DNA of 57,580 nt from Schmidtea nova (taxonomy: Eukaryota). The translations under genes and the position numbers were made by a program. The DNA is taken from NCBI GenBank assembly GCA_044892505.1, contig CM097883.1, forward strand, positions 178,684,001 through 178,741,580, written 5' to 3'. A model generated the notes under the pieces. The model was not told the DNA's origin, did no database searches, and saw only the letters and a list, made by a program, of their open reading frames with translations. Below are positions 35,101 through 49,022 of the stretch, piece after piece (within the stretch, counting starts at the first letter, position 1; the number at the start of each line of letters is the position of its first letter).

Positions 35101-36419
35101 NNNNNNNNNNNNNNNNNNNNNNNNNNNNNNNNNNNNNNNNNNNNNNNNNNNNNNNNNNNNNNNNNNNNNNNNNNNNNNNNNNNNNNNNNNNNNNNNNNNN
35201 NNNNNNNNNNNNNNNNNNNNNNNNNNNNNNNNNNNNNNNNNNNNNNNNNNNNNNNNNNNNNNNNNNNNNNNNNNNNNNNNNTAAAACTTAAAGATGACAA
35301 CAAATTTTTTGAAAGCTAATCCATTTTAACCTTACGTACCAAAGTTCGCGGAGAAAACAAGAAATGTATTCACTCGAAATGGTTTTCAGTTTGAATACTA
35401 AGGTTCGACTTTTTAGGTTTAAACAAAGTTTTTTATTAAACAACCAAAAAATAATAAGAAAAAAAAATCAGTCATTCTTTGATTATTTATTTGAAATTAT
35501 GATTCAGAACTTTACGTTATATTATAGAAAAAGAAATATTGTTTTGCATGTTTCTAGGTATCTGACTTTCTAACAAAATCAAGTCCCTTTATACTGGTTT
35601 AAAGCATCGAGCAAAACTGTAAAATAATTGAACCTTTGTTTTGAGAGAAGTTATCTTTGTTAGATAATATTCCAGAATTTAGAAGAAAAGTTTCTATTTT
35701 ATTTATTAAAATTCCTGAAGAAATAATATAAAAGATATATCAATATCATGAAAAATTAGATAAATTGGTTAGAAAAATTGTCTCTTAAAACTTATAAAAA
35801 TATGCAATTCGGTCATATTTTAATTTTCTTTATCATTAGGGCCTTGCATAGTTAACAATCCCGATTGACCAAACTGCATTTTGGTTAATAATATTTGTCT
35901 CTATTTTTTATTTCAATTTTAAAAATATTGTATTTTTCTAACTAAAATGAAATAATTATAAATGTTTAAAAGCATAGAAAGAGTTTGGTTACCTTTATTA
36001 TTATTTGCTGTGAGTTTATTTTTAATAATAATTTAAGATTTAAAAATAATTATCTATTCATTTTTAAAAAGAGCGTCACAAAACTTTGAATGACTTTTCT
36101 TATAATTAGAATTATTGGAAAACGTAATTTTATTAAAAATTACACNNNNNNNNNNNNNNNNNNNNNNNNNNNNNNNNNNNNNNNNNNNNNNNNNNNNNNN
36201 NNNNNNNNNNNNNNNNNNNNNNNNNNNNNNNNNNNNNNNNNNNNNNNNNNNNNNNNNNNNNNNNNNNNNNNNNNNNNNNNNNNNNNNNNNNNNNNNNNNN
36301 NNNNNNNAATATTCAATTTAATATATAATTAAATACTTATTAATTAAATAGATCCAACTGGTTTATATATGTAAGTTTATTAATACCAAAAAGTAAAATC
36401 CCAATCACTATTCATTTAC

Positions 36420-37601
36420 TCATAAAAGGTTTTCGAAAATACCTCCATTTTGTTCGAAACATATTCGCACTCGATTTTTAAACCCCTCCAAAACATTTCT
36501 CATCATACCTGTAGTAATAGTCAACGAAACTTGATCAATTTTATTTCTTAGAGAAACAAGACTTTCAGACCGTTCAAAATATACATTATCTTTCAAAAAA
36601 CCCCAATAAAAGAAATTCATTGGGGTAAGATCAGGTGATCTTGCTGGCCAGTTCATTGTTCCTCCTCGTCCAATCCACCGGTCACTAAAATTTTCATTTA
36701 AGTACCGCCTAACATCAATTGCGTAATTTGGAGGCGCCCCATCTTGTTGAAACCAGACTGTTTCATATAAATTCATCTCACGCAATGCGGGTACAATATC
36801 ATTTTCCAATAAACGCAGATATTTTTCACCATTTAAATTCCCATTAATATAAAACGGTCCAACTATCGATTCATTTATCAACCCAGCCTACACATTTAAC
36901 TTTGCTTGATTTTGATTGTTTGTAGGAAGAAAGCGATGTAGATTTACGGAGCTCCAATATCTACAATTCTGATGATTTATTTCACCGTTTAAAGTAAATG
37001 TTGATTCGTCGGTAAATAGAATATTTTTGGCAAAATTATTGTCTGACTCCAATTTAGAAAACATATCCTGGCAGAAAATTTTTCTTTTCTCTTCATATCG
37101 ATCAAGTAATTCCTGGTGATTAGTGAAGTGGTATGATTTGAAACCATTTTTGGTCAGGGTCTTATAAACAGACGATTTATTGACGTTCGAGAGCGTTGCT
37201 ATGGCCTGTGTCGACAATCTGTTATTCGAATTAATATATCCAATAATTTCTGTTTGTTTCGAAGGTGTCAAAACAGTTTCAATTCTAGTTCGGGTTGCGT
37301 GCTCGCTTTTAATGCAACCCCCAGTTGTAAATTTATCAAGTATTCTTGATATGGTTGAAAAATTTGGCACGGGGCGTCCTGTAAATTTTCTCATGAATTC
37401 ATTTTGTATCTGCAAAAAGCTTAGATTGCCACTCCTCCATTTTACAATTTGAATCTTTTCCTCAACCGTAAACATAAAATAGACTTTATTTTTTCTATTT
37501 ATAATTATCTATTGCATTTTCAAAAAAACGATATTAATAATACTATTATATATGGAAATTATCAATAAAAATTACTATTGCATTTTAAAAAAAACACCCT
37601 G
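36420..37601 (-). mobile_element. DD41D (rosa/Visitor-type) Tc1/mariner transposase pseudogene with one TIR
   Basis: ORFs 37475-36888 and 36881-36420 are joined across one stop. Motifs FTDESTF, QQDGAPP and WPARSPDLTPMN; 41 residues after the second D, with the third D replaced by N. The end reads CAGGGTGTTTTTT on the minus strand with TA at 37602-37603. The other TIR was not found and may lie in the N-run. Confidence 0.85.
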
Positions 37602-38005
37602 TATATATAATATAATATAATATAATATTTTAAATATAGAGATAAATAAACGTTGATCTCCTTCAATAAAAATGAAAATATATGAAATTTTAAATAAATC
37701 ACAAGTGACGAAAAAACAAATATATTGATAGTTATTGTAGAAATCTATGTAAAAGGTTTTTTGAATTTAATTTTACCAAAGTTATAAAAAATTTAAAATC
37801 TAAAAATTCAAAATAAAAAATATAATGTATTAATGAAATATAAGAAAATATAATGAAATATAATGAAATATTATAACGATACTGTTAACTATATTGTTTA
37901 TTAGCACTTGATTAAATTGACAAGGAAAATCAGTTTTTGTGTTTAATAATTTTATTGATATTTAATTATTTAAAACAAATATTTTTTTTCAATCATTTAT
38001 GATTA

Positions 38006-39946
38006 CAGGGTTATGAGCAAATATATTTAATTTTATGAATAAATATATTTAATTTTATGAATAAATATATTTAATTTTATGAATTAATATATTTAATTTT
38101 ATGAATAAATATATTTAATTTTATGAATTAATATATTTAATTTTATGAATTAATATATTTAATTTTATGAATCAATATATTTAATTTTATGAATTAATGT
38201 ATTTAATTTTATGAATTAATGTATTTAATTTTATGAATCAAAGTATTTAATTTTATAAAATATCAGGATTACTCCCTAATTTATGATTTCAGAGGAGCAA
38301 AACAGCAGCGAAGACGTCAGCCCGCAGATTACAGATAGTATACAACGTAAAAAACGAAAAACAATACGATTGGAGGATCTTAAACGAATAAGAAAGCACG
38401 TTGAAAAAAACGCAACAACGGCAGAAATTGCAGAATCAGAAGATATTTCCCTACAGACCGCATATAATCTGGTAAATAAAATCGGGGAAGGATTGCTTGA
38501 CGAAGAAATTGTGGGCAAAAAGAAGGGAAGGAAGAAAGAGCATTTAACAGAAGTTAAAAATAAACTCAATCAGATACTTTTAAGAGATTCTTCGTACACT
38601 CAGGCTGAGATGTCAGAATACTTAGAAGAGTTTCAAGTTTCGCGAACTCAAAGTGGAATTTCGCGGATTCTTAAAGACATGGGGTATACCAGAAAACGTC
38701 TTGTTTGTATTCCCGAGGAAAGAAACAGGGCCTCCACCATTGATTCTCGCCAGAACTTTGCGAGAGAAATTCAATTTATTGCAAATGAAAATTTAGTCTT
38801 CCTGGATGAAACAGGCACTAATTTACACCACACGCGCAATTATGGATATTCTCCAAAAAATGTAAAAGCAGTTAAAGTGGTAAAAGGCAACAAAGGTACT
38901 AACATCAGTTCCATGGTGGCGATAAATCATGCTGGTATAGTGGCATTTGAAATAAAGGCGGGATCTTTCGAAGGGGACACTTTTAAAATTTTTATTCAAG
39001 AAAAGCTTTTGCCACATTTTTTAAACAACCCAAACGATGTTTTGATAATGGACAATTGTAGTTTCCATCACAGAAGAGATGTAATTAATTTACTAAGAAC
39101 AAATTTTATTAATCATCGATTCCTTCCTCCATACTCTCCCCAGCTTAATCCGATTGAGGAATATTTCAGTCATTTGAAATCTGCTTTGAGTGCGATTCAT
39201 CCTCTACCGCAAAACAAAAGCGAGCTCATTCAGAGAATAAATACGCTTTTAACCGAGGAAGAAATTGATTTTAGCGGCTGGTTTAGAAACATGAGAAGAT
39301 ATGTTGACATGGCACTTGCAAGGAATTTATTCATTTAATAAAAAGCTTTAAGAGATTTATTTATTCATATTCTTAAAATTATATTCGAACAATTTCGTTT
39401 CAATTATTCATCGAGCAAAGTTTATAAACTGGCAACAGCATCGTTAATAATTTTTATTGCTACTTCAAAGAAGCTTCAAAAAAAATAAATGGAATTTTAA
39501 TTTTATTTGCAAAAATATATGAATTAAATAAAAATTAAGAATCGCAAATTCCCGAAAAACAATGAAATTCTACGTATTTAAGGCCTAATTCTAACTAGCC
39601 ACAATGCCCGTACATATTAAGCTGTGCAAATTTACTGTCTATGTATGTATCCTGCTTTTTAAAATTTTTGTATTTTCTTCAATTTTATAATTTGGGTAAA
39701 CGACATCAAATTAATTCATAAAATTAAATATATTAATTCATAAAATTAAATATATTAATTCATAAAATTAAATATATTAATTCATAAAATTAAATATATT
39801 TATTCATAAAATTAAATATATTTATTCATAAAATTAAATATATTTATTCATAAAATTAAATATATTAATTCATAAAATTAAATATATTTATTCATAAAAT
39901 TAAATATATTTATTCATAAAATTAAATATATTTGCTCATAACCCTG
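38006..39946 (+). mobile_element. Intact IS630/Tc1-like transposon, 1941 bp, with ~250-bp TIRs made of 23-bp tandem repeats
   Basis: Ends CAGGGTTATGAGCAAATATAT / ATATATTTGCTCATAACCCTG; TA at 38004-38005 and 39947-39948; 10 copies per arm of ATATTTAATTTTATGAAT(A/T)AAT. Confidence 0.95.
38283..39338 (+). CDS. DD34E transposase (IS630/Tc1, DDE_3-like), 351 aa, uninterrupted
   Basis: HTH-like N-terminus, MGYTRKR, VFLDETG, IMDNCSFH, LPPYSPQLNPIEE; 34 residues between the second D and E. Confidence 0.95.
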   Translation: MISEEQNSSEDVSPQITDSIQRKKRKTIRLEDLKRIRKHVEKNATTAEIAESEDISLQTAYNLVNKIGEGLLDEEIVGKKKGRKKEHLTEVKNKLNQILLRDSSYTQAEMSEYLEEFQVSRTQSGISRILKDMGYTRKRLVCIPEERNRASTIDSRQNFAREIQFIANENLVFLDETGTNLHHTRNYGYSPKNVKAVKVVKGNKGTNISSMVAINHAGIVAFEIKAGSFEGDTFKIFIQEKLLPHFLNNPNDVLIMDNCSFHHRRDVINLLRTNFINHRFLPPYSPQLNPIEEYFSHLKSALSAIHPLPQNKSELIQRINTLLTEEEIDFSGWFRNMRRYVDMALARNLFI

Positions 39947-40797
39947 TAGTATTTTACTACTATATTCGATATTAGTAAAATTATATTTAATTTAATAAAT
40001 AAAAAAAGGAAATAATGATAAAATTTTCATGCAATACCTTAACCTCCTAAACTCATAATAATTTGTTTCATGAAATAGCAAATTTATTAATTAATGTATT
40101 ATTTTTCAATTGAAATTTTCAAAATTAAATTAAGTGAAAAATGAAATAAAGCTCGGAAATCAAATTTTGACATTGTGATGATATATTCGGTAGAAGAAAA
40201 TAACAAATTAATACACCAAGAATCACTGACTATGAACTTGCAAACAAATTTATGCATCTATATTAAAGAAATTGTAGAGATTATTTTAAAATCTGCAATA
40301 CTTATAATTTTTCGAAAGTCAAATATAATATATTGATAATATCTCATTCATGCATTTACACCAACACACATTTATCGACTTTGAGTACATTTTTACACAC
40401 TTACCGTGAAAAAGCTCTAAATAAAAACAGAAAAATTAAATAAAGTAAAAAAGAAATGAAAAATATGTCTAACTATTTTGCTAAAGCTAAATAAAGATTA
40501 ATAATAAATGAAAAATAACATGCAAAAATAATGATTTTAAAAGTTTACTTGATTTTATATTTAGNNNNNNNNNNNNNNNNNNNNNNNNNNNNNNNNNNNN
40601 NNNNNNNNNNNNNNNNNNNNNNNNNNNNNNNNNNNNNNNNNNNNNNNNNNNNNNNNNNNNNNNNNNNNNNNNNNNNNNNNNNNNNNNNNNNNNNNNNNNN
40701 NNNNNNNNNNNNNNNNNNNNNNNNNNNNNNNNNNNNNNNNNNNNNNNNNNNNNNNNNNNNNAAACAAAAATGTAACAAATAAGAAGGAATGAATTAC

Positions 40798-40912
40798 CTG
40801 GGGATGTGCAATAAATAGCTAGAATGATTAGGCCAGAGATCATCAATATTACTAATATCGCTATAACAATGCCTTTCCAGCTTTTATTTGAAGGATTGCT
40901 GGCAACAATTTC
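40798..40912 (-). CDS. Exon 2 of a host DPP6/DPP10-like (dipeptidyl peptidase IV family) type II membrane protein: signal-anchor exon
   Basis: 115-nt exon between TTTATGACAG| and |GTAATT, reading EIVASNPSNKSWKGIVIAILVILMISGLIILAIYCTSP. This resembles the DPP6/DPP10 segment [38 protein letters not shown]. Confidence 0.8.
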
Positions 40913-43586
40913 CTGTCATAAAATGCAATTCATTAAAACATTATTATTAATATTGATATTCGGAATAATTAATTAATTAATTATTTTAATTAATAAAATT
41001 AAATTTCGAATACCATTTTGTTTATTGTTATTCGATTTGATTTAAATTCAATTCAATTTTTTTAAATTTTATAATTAAAAATTCACTTTGATTTTAAATA
41101 TGATTTCAATTAAAATTCACATAGAATACTGGGTAGAGATTTTATTCCATTTAATATACAAATTGATGTGTGGCAATGCCACCTGTGACGCAGCCTGTGT
41201 GAATCTGCTAGATTCATATGGAACCAGTAAATAAATATTACTATTTCTACATGTAATAATAAACTATTTATTTCGATTTAAAATTTTTCAAAGCTGCCAA
41301 GATAAGAGTCTAAATAAATAATAATATGATAATAATGTTCGCGCCACTCGCAATGCCAAAAAAATCATTGATAACAGCCATGAATCGTGCTTGTTAGTCG
41401 AAATTTGAAAAGGTTGACTACCTCACCAAGTATTCTATTTATAGGGATAAAATAAATTTTAAAAATTTTTTAATGTAATAACAAAATAATAATTATTTTA
41501 ATAGTTTTTTATAAGCAAAGTTTATGACAATATTTCAAAATGTTTTTACTGGTTCACAAATTAGCTGGAGTAAGTACGCGACTAATTGTAATTTTTTTTT
41601 TGTTGTCATATTTTAAATTATCTGTAGAAAATATTACCAGCTGTCTGTAAATTTTAGTTGAAGAAATCTGCAAATATTTGATGAAGTCTCTCATTACTAT
41701 AAACTTTGGAATCGTATTATAAGTGGTTCGAATTATGANNNNNNNNNNNNNNNNNNNNNNNNNNNNNNNNNNNNNNNNNNNNNNNNNNNNNNNNNNNNNN
41801 NNNNNNNNNNNNNNNNNNNNNNNNNNNNNNNNNNNNNNNNNNNNNNNNNNNNNNNNNNNNNNNNNNNNNNNNNNNNNNNNNNNNNNNNNNNNNNNNNNNN
41901 NNNTTGATTTCTTTTAATATTTGCCTTGCAATGTTTGTGTTGTGCAAATATTTCATTTTCTTCTTTTATTAAAAAATAAATATTTAAGCAAAATTTTAAA
42001 AATAATCTGGATTAATTTTGAAATATTAATTAAAAACAGTAGATTAAAATTTAATTCATAGCGAAAAATGTATTATCGCAGACTTTTTAATTTAAAATAT
42101 TTCATTTTCTGTAATTTTAACCTTTAACATATTATTTATTAATTTAGATGCAGGAATCATTATAAAATTTTAAAAGAATAATATTTTAACAATTAATTAT
42201 TTTTGTATTTTTATTTTTTTCTTTAAAATTTAAAGGTTTTACAACTTAAAGTTTTTCAAAAATAATATGTAAAACATATACTTATATGCTTTCTTTGTCC
42301 ATAATTTATCATTCATTGCCTTTTTTGATTTTATTTCTATTTTAGAAGTTTTCATGTATTTTTATATTAGGTCTTGATAAAAAATTTAAATATTTTTGGT
42401 AGAGCCTTTTATCAGTAAAATTATGTGAAAACCTTACGTGCTAATGGCAATTAATCAATTAATAAAATCAAATCTAAACAAGTTTTCAAAATTCTCTTTA
42501 TCAATGATATTGTCAAAAAACAAAAATAATAAATACAGTGCACAATAATTTAAAAACAGGTGGTCTCAACAATTCCAAGATTTTATTCTGTGTTTAAACT
42601 TTGGGCATGTAAAGGTGACTAAACCAAATTATATGAGACACAATTATATGTTCTTCAATATTAAGTACTAATAAAACCTTCAACCTTTCGCATACGGATG
42701 CAAACATTTATATTGCAATAAAAATATTTTTAAGTATAGGGAAATAATTTTATATCACTATTTTCATTTTATATTACTTTTAGTAAAATAAGACACGTCT
42801 CACCAAGATTAACAAGGACTTATTTAAAAAAATTATTTTGTGTTTTGTCGGTTTCCATAAAGATTCTAATGTAAACTGCTTAAGAAAGTTTGAAAAATTT
42901 TGTAAATAGGGAATTATTGTAAACGAAAAGACCTCATCATAAGATTGAATGATGTTAAAAGGTTTTATAGAAAAAATTGAACACTTATAATAAATTTGGT
43001 CTCAGTTTTACAAAAAACTCCTAAATATAAACTATTTCTTTTCCTCTAATTATTCCACATTTATTTTATAAAATAAAATGTTACACTTAAAATAATAATA
43101 AAAAAATTAAAGTGTCATTTAATTAAAATTATTGGATACATATATATATTTATATATTCATGTTTAAAGAGGAACAGTTAATGGGGGTCGGCTCAATTTT
43201 ATTTTTATAATCATTTAGTTTTCTTTTCAAAAAGTCAAAGGATTTCAAATACGAGGTCGCCCAGAAACAAGAAGAGACATAACAAACATAATTATATTAT
43301 CATTATTATAAAAAAATATAACACAATTATAATTAAATTATAATTAAAAAAATTCCTCTTTAATTTAATTAAATTATACTTTATCAATTTTTGTTTAATT
43401 AAATTCCATAATTAGCCATCGTAAATTAATAATTTGCCATGCAATTTAAATAATTTGTTTTCATAACTTAAATTAAATTCTAATTAAAATTAATTAATTA
43501 ATGTGAATTTAATTATTTAATTTCATCAACCAATGATCAGTGCAATAACAAGATTATTATTAAAAATAATAAAAACGATATCTTAC

Positions 43587-43667
43587 TTCTGTTGGTAAAG
43601 GAGCTTTGATATCGTTAACATTTTGATTTAAAAGAGCTGTGCCACTCTTTTCTTCATTCATGTCCAT
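43587..43667 (-). CDS. Probable first coding exon of the DPP6/DPP10-like gene
   Basis: ATG at 43667; 81 nt, MDMNEEKSGTALLNQNVNDIKAPLPTE, ending at a phase-0 GTAAGA donor compatible with the phase-0 start of the exon at 40912. Confidence 0.6.
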
Positions 43668-43904
43668 AACTGACGAGATAAAATATCTGACAAGTTTTTA
43701 TTTAGCAAATTTAAACTTGTAAAAATTTTCTCAAATTTAAAAATCGATAAATTTCAATTACTACTAACTAATAGAATTCCTCAGTGACCAATCAAATCGT
43801 CGCAAAGCGTAATCTCGTCGTTGTGTGTGTATTTTCTGACCCTGGCGCTAAATTTCAGCTGGGATATATATTTATACTACTATATATATTGTCATTCATA
43901 TTTC

Positions 43905-44000
43905 CCGCTGATAAGATATTTTCCACCAACGATGATGGTGAATTTAAAACAATATGCAAAAAATGCTATGAAGAAAAAAAACATTTTTCATGTAAATTTG
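43905..44000 (+). other. Possible BED zinc-finger fragment (hAT relic)
   Basis: KIFSTNDDGEFKTICKKCYEEKKHFSCKFG has a C-X2-C in a BED-like context, but the downstream His pair is absent. Confidence 0.25.
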
Positions 44001-45746
44001 GTTTATTTTCATTCTTTAGATAAGGAAAACATGACAGAGAATATTTCTCCATTTTATTTTATTATTATTAAGAAAAATAATTTGAGTAAATAAAGCAATA
44101 TAAAATGATAGCTAAAACAAACTCTTATTGTAGTTTTTATTATATATTTTTAGTTCTATAAATATAGAATTTTTTTATATAAATTTTATTTTATTTTAAT
44201 TTAATTAATTCTTTGAATTAATGAGTAAGGAATTAAATAATCCTAAAAAACGAATGGTATTCGATCTAGTGCTAATGTTTTTAAAGTTCACTCTAAGACT
44301 TTTCGTTCAGTTCTTTTTTTTTAAACCATTAAGCAATTTAAGAATTATTAATAAGCTAAATATGTTGAAAGCTTTAGACTTTTGATTGGAAATAACCTTT
44401 GGAAATAAGATTGAAAATAAGGCTAAAATGAAAACGAAGAACAAATTTACATGGAATAGTTGAAATTTCACATTGATGAGATTGTAATTCATCTCTGAGC
44501 TTTAGTTCTTTACCATTGTTGAACGAAAGGAGCGCGAATAATAATGAACATAATAGAGGTTGTATGAGAAATTAACATATTTTTGATTTTAAAATCTTAT
44601 TAAAAAATCTTGATATTCAGCACGAAAGTTGGTATATTTGAAGAGTAGGTAATAAGAGCGTTTTATCCAAAGAAATATTTTGTAGAATCGTATACGAGCG
44701 TGTATTTTGAATGTTTATAAATAATTTAGATATTGAAGTTTTAAATGAATTGAATGATACAATTTATCATAAAATTAAATAATTTTGAATGAATAATTTT
44801 TAAAAATTCCAAATTGTTTAAAAATTAAAATTTCTTGTGAATTTTAAAAGATATTTTTTATTTTATAATAAATGAATTTTATTTTGGTTTTAAAAATAAA
44901 GTGTTTTTAGTAAAATAACATTTAAAATTTAAAATTTATTTGTATAATTTAATTTTATAATTTATTCTAATAACATTGAATTAACATAGCATTTTATTGA
45001 ATTTACTTGACGATGAAAGGGGATATGTCGAAATCATTTTAAATAATAGGAAAGCTTGTTCCACAATAATTAATTTGGCTTAGAATAAGTCCTGATCACT
45101 GAAATACATCAACTGATCTTTTGTCCTTTCCATAGATTTTTTATTTTATTTTTTTTCAATCTTTCACTGTTTATTGAACAAATTGCAACTGCATTGTTTA
45201 TTTCAGTAAATTACGAGATTTCATACAAACAAGTTAGGGTCTTTAATAATTTATCTTAAAAATAATATAATAAAAAAGTTACATGCGTGCGGACGTACAG
45301 ATGTACGAACAACGGTAATTATATATGATGATATATTTAAAAATATGAATAAGAAAAGTTATTTTTATAAAAACTTTTACTTTTAATATAATTTTAAGAT
45401 AATATAGAAAAATCTTAAAAATAATATAATACAAAAATTACAAAACATAATTTTGAATTTTCTTTTGTATTTATTATAAATTATTTATTATAAAATTATT
45501 TATTATTATAATAGTACTCCTATAAAAATTATTTCAATAAATAAAAAGTCGAAGATATTGTTGGAAAATTTTGAAAACCCCTTCAAATTTAAATTTTAAA
45601 TAAGAAATATTTGTTTAATTATAATAATGCTTATTTTCATTCTTTCAGATAATAAATCAAAATGTTTTTAATTTAACACAAAATTTCAGTAATAACTTTT
45701 TCAAATGTTTTTTTTAAATAAGGTAGTTCTGAAAATTTGTGTTAAA

Positions 45747-45933
45747 ATGAAAATAAATAAAACCATAAATAAAATATGAAAATAAATGAAACCATATATA
45801 AAATATTAAAATAAATAAAACCATATATAAATTTTAAAAAATGAAAATAAATGAAACCATACATAAAATATGAAAATAAATGAAACCATATATAAAATAT
45901 GAAAATAAATGAAACCATATATAAAATATGAAA
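45747..45933. repeat. Minisatellite, ~6 copies of ~29 bp
   Basis: ATGAAAATAAATGAAACCATATATAAAAT repeated with variants. Confidence 0.9.
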
Positions 45934-46396
45934 AGTGAAGATAAATATTTTAATAATAATTATGTAGTTTATTTCTTATCATCTAAATTCTGTTTTTTTT
46001 GAAAAAATCTATTAAACTTAATTAATGAAAAATACTATTATTTCTTGATTTATTTTTTTGATGGAATATAAACATTGTGAGACTCTAGAACCTTGGGTTG
46101 ACTTTACTAAAAGAGTAACATATGATGTAAACAAGTCCCAAATATTTATTATTTATGTTTTGCTACGACATGTGCATACACCAATTTAGAACAAAATGAA
46201 AAAATGAACCTAGGCATATTGTATTGTAGCTAAAAGGTTTAATTTCACAAATATATAAAAGTGTATAAGTTTCAGACTACCTTATAAAGTTCCCTCGGGA
46301 TTTTTCAAAGCTGGGGCTAAATAAAAATTTCGCAAAATGAATTGCTTTCACAAAAGTTTTACAAAAAAGATCCAAAAAAATTAAACCGTTATGAAT

Positions 46397-46397
46397 G

Positions 46398-46453
<56 letters not shown>
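46397..46453. repeat. (TA)n microsatellite
   Basis: TA run with one TT interruption. Confidence 0.95.
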
Positions 46454-46455
<2 letters not shown>

Positions 46456-47295
46456 TTTTTTGCTATTCTACACATTCTTAGTCGTGACATAAAGCTCAGA
46501 TTTGAATATTCTAATATAAACCTATATTTATTTCTTTATTTATATTACTTTCTCTAGTAAGTAGATTCCTAAATTCAAAACACAAATGAAAAAAAATAAT
46601 TTCCCAGATGACAAAGTTCAGATTTGCAGCTAAATCAATTGAATTATTTTATTAAATTTATTTTTTACTGCAAAATTTTGGTAATTGACAATTTTCTTTC
46701 TTCAACGATTCAAGTTTCAAACTAATTAGGATTTTACTGTGAAAATTAGTTCTGGGTGAAAAAAACCAATTCGACTCATTTATTATTCTTTTATCCAGAC
46801 AGTCAATTTCCCAAAAGAGATTCAAAATAAAAGGTCTGAAAAATATTTCCTCACGTGAGATAAATTGAGTTCGTCATCTAATGATGTTGATTAGAATTAG
46901 AAAAAATATATTTTAAAGGTTTCTTTTAATAATTTAATAGATAAAGAACAGAAATTGACAATATTTCGGAATATACCTTTTTAGTGGGATAATGCACAAA
47001 ACATAAAAAGTAAATTTACCAAGAAAAGTCTATTGAAATAACATACCAAACCTTAGACACCGAATTTAACAAGTGAAAGTTAACTAATCTGATTAAAGTT
47101 TTTAAACTTGCGAAATTATTTTAAACATGACAATCATTGGTCGAGTTTTTCTTAAGCATTTTGTTGATCTAAAACTTAATCTGGTTTGTTATCTTTTCAA
47201 GTTATTACTTTATCAAAACTTATCTTTTTAAAAATTTTCATAAAAATGTACATATTTCATTTTTCTTTTATTCAACACAAATTTTCAAAACTGTT

Positions 47296-47298
<3 letters not shown>

Positions 47299-47348
<50 letters not shown>
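47299..47348. repeat. (TA)n microsatellite
   Basis: Uninterrupted TA run. Confidence 0.95.
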
Positions 47349-47351
<3 letters not shown>

Positions 47352-49022
47352 TTTTCTAAGTGTATCTATATTTTTTATTAAATAATTATTAAATAATAAC
47401 ACAAGCCTTGCTGCAAAGTTTAATTAGGTGACGTAATGGAGTTATTTAATAATTATTTAATAATAATTGTTATTTAATAATTATTTATTATTTAATTTAC
47501 GCAGTTAGCAAGAAACCACCATTTAAAAAGTATTTTTAATTAAATTAAGTATGTATCTTGTACATTTTCAAACGACGTCATAATTTTTATTATTATTAGC
47601 ATTATTTTTCCATATATAGAAAGTTCTTTTAAGGTACAATTCCTTATGAACAAAATNNNNNNNNNNNNNNNNNNNNNNNNNNNNNNNNNNNNNNNNNNNN
47701 NNNNNNNNNNNNNNNNNNNNNNNNNNNNNNNNNNNNNNNNNNNNNNNNNNNNNNNNNNNNNNNNNNNNNNNNNNNNNNNNNNNNNNNNNNNNNNNNNNNN
47801 NNNNNNNNNNNNNNNNNNNNNNNNNNNNNNNNNNNNNNNNNNNNNNNNNNNNNNNNNNAAAATTACAATTTAAAAAATTTCTTAAAGTTATTCAATGCTG
47901 ATCTTTACTTTTTTAAAATTTTTTTATTCATTAATTGAAAACTAATAATAGAAATTGACCCAGCCTCAAATATTGTAATTTATTTAAAAAGATAAACCTT
48001 TATTAACTTTTTTGCCAAAAAGTACTTATGACAAACAGGAAATATTTAGGATAAAGGTTAGAACATTCCTTATGACTATCATATAAAAGAATTAATTGAG
48101 GAATTGCTTCCTACTTTATTATTCCTTACAAATTAGTTATAGAACTATTCGAGATAAATTCATGAAATGCATGAGAGCAGTATTTGTGCAAATAAAAAAT
48201 AGAAAATTAACAAAATATTTTCGTAATTTTTAAGGATTTTAGGATTAATGAAATAAAAGAAAATTATTTTTAATATTGTTGTAAGAAAAGGATATAAAAA
48301 AATACAAAATAGACCAATCAATCCGCATTTGACTGTGACATTTTTTTGTTTATTTCATTACATGCTATAATGATAACATTTACATTTGTTTGTTAACTCA
48401 AATTTTGTTATTCTTTTAATTCTTAACTACAAACTTTTTTATTAGAAAAACCAAATTATTCAGATAGAAACTGTCAAATTAAAACAAAATTTTGAAAATA
48501 TATCTATTAAAACAAACATAAATTACTCAATTCAAATACAAATCAAATGACAGAGGTCATTAATCATATATTTCGTAGATATCTAACAGATTTTCTAGCC
48601 AAAAATAAATTTTATTCTTATAAGAGAATTGAAAACATTTCAATGAAAACATTTCGTTGACAAAGAAACATAATAAATCAACTTTTGTCAAAATGAAAAA
48701 TTTTTTATTTAGTCCTGAAATTTCGTTAGGGAAACCAATATCAATGAAAACAGCTTTTGAGTCGCAAAATAGTTAAAACAAATATATAAATATCGCAGCA
48801 GACATTGGCTAATGGAATTTATTCCTAACTCTCTTGAATGCGACGGAGGCGTTCGAGTTTCTTTCGATATCATTCGAGGATAAAAATAGTCAGTGAAATT
48901 TCTGTAAAGGTTTTAAAATAATTAATTAATTAATTAATTAATTAATTAGTCATTATGATTATTATCATGTTTCTTTGAGAATCAAATATTAAAATCCAAT
49001 CAAGACAATTGCAGTTATTCTT

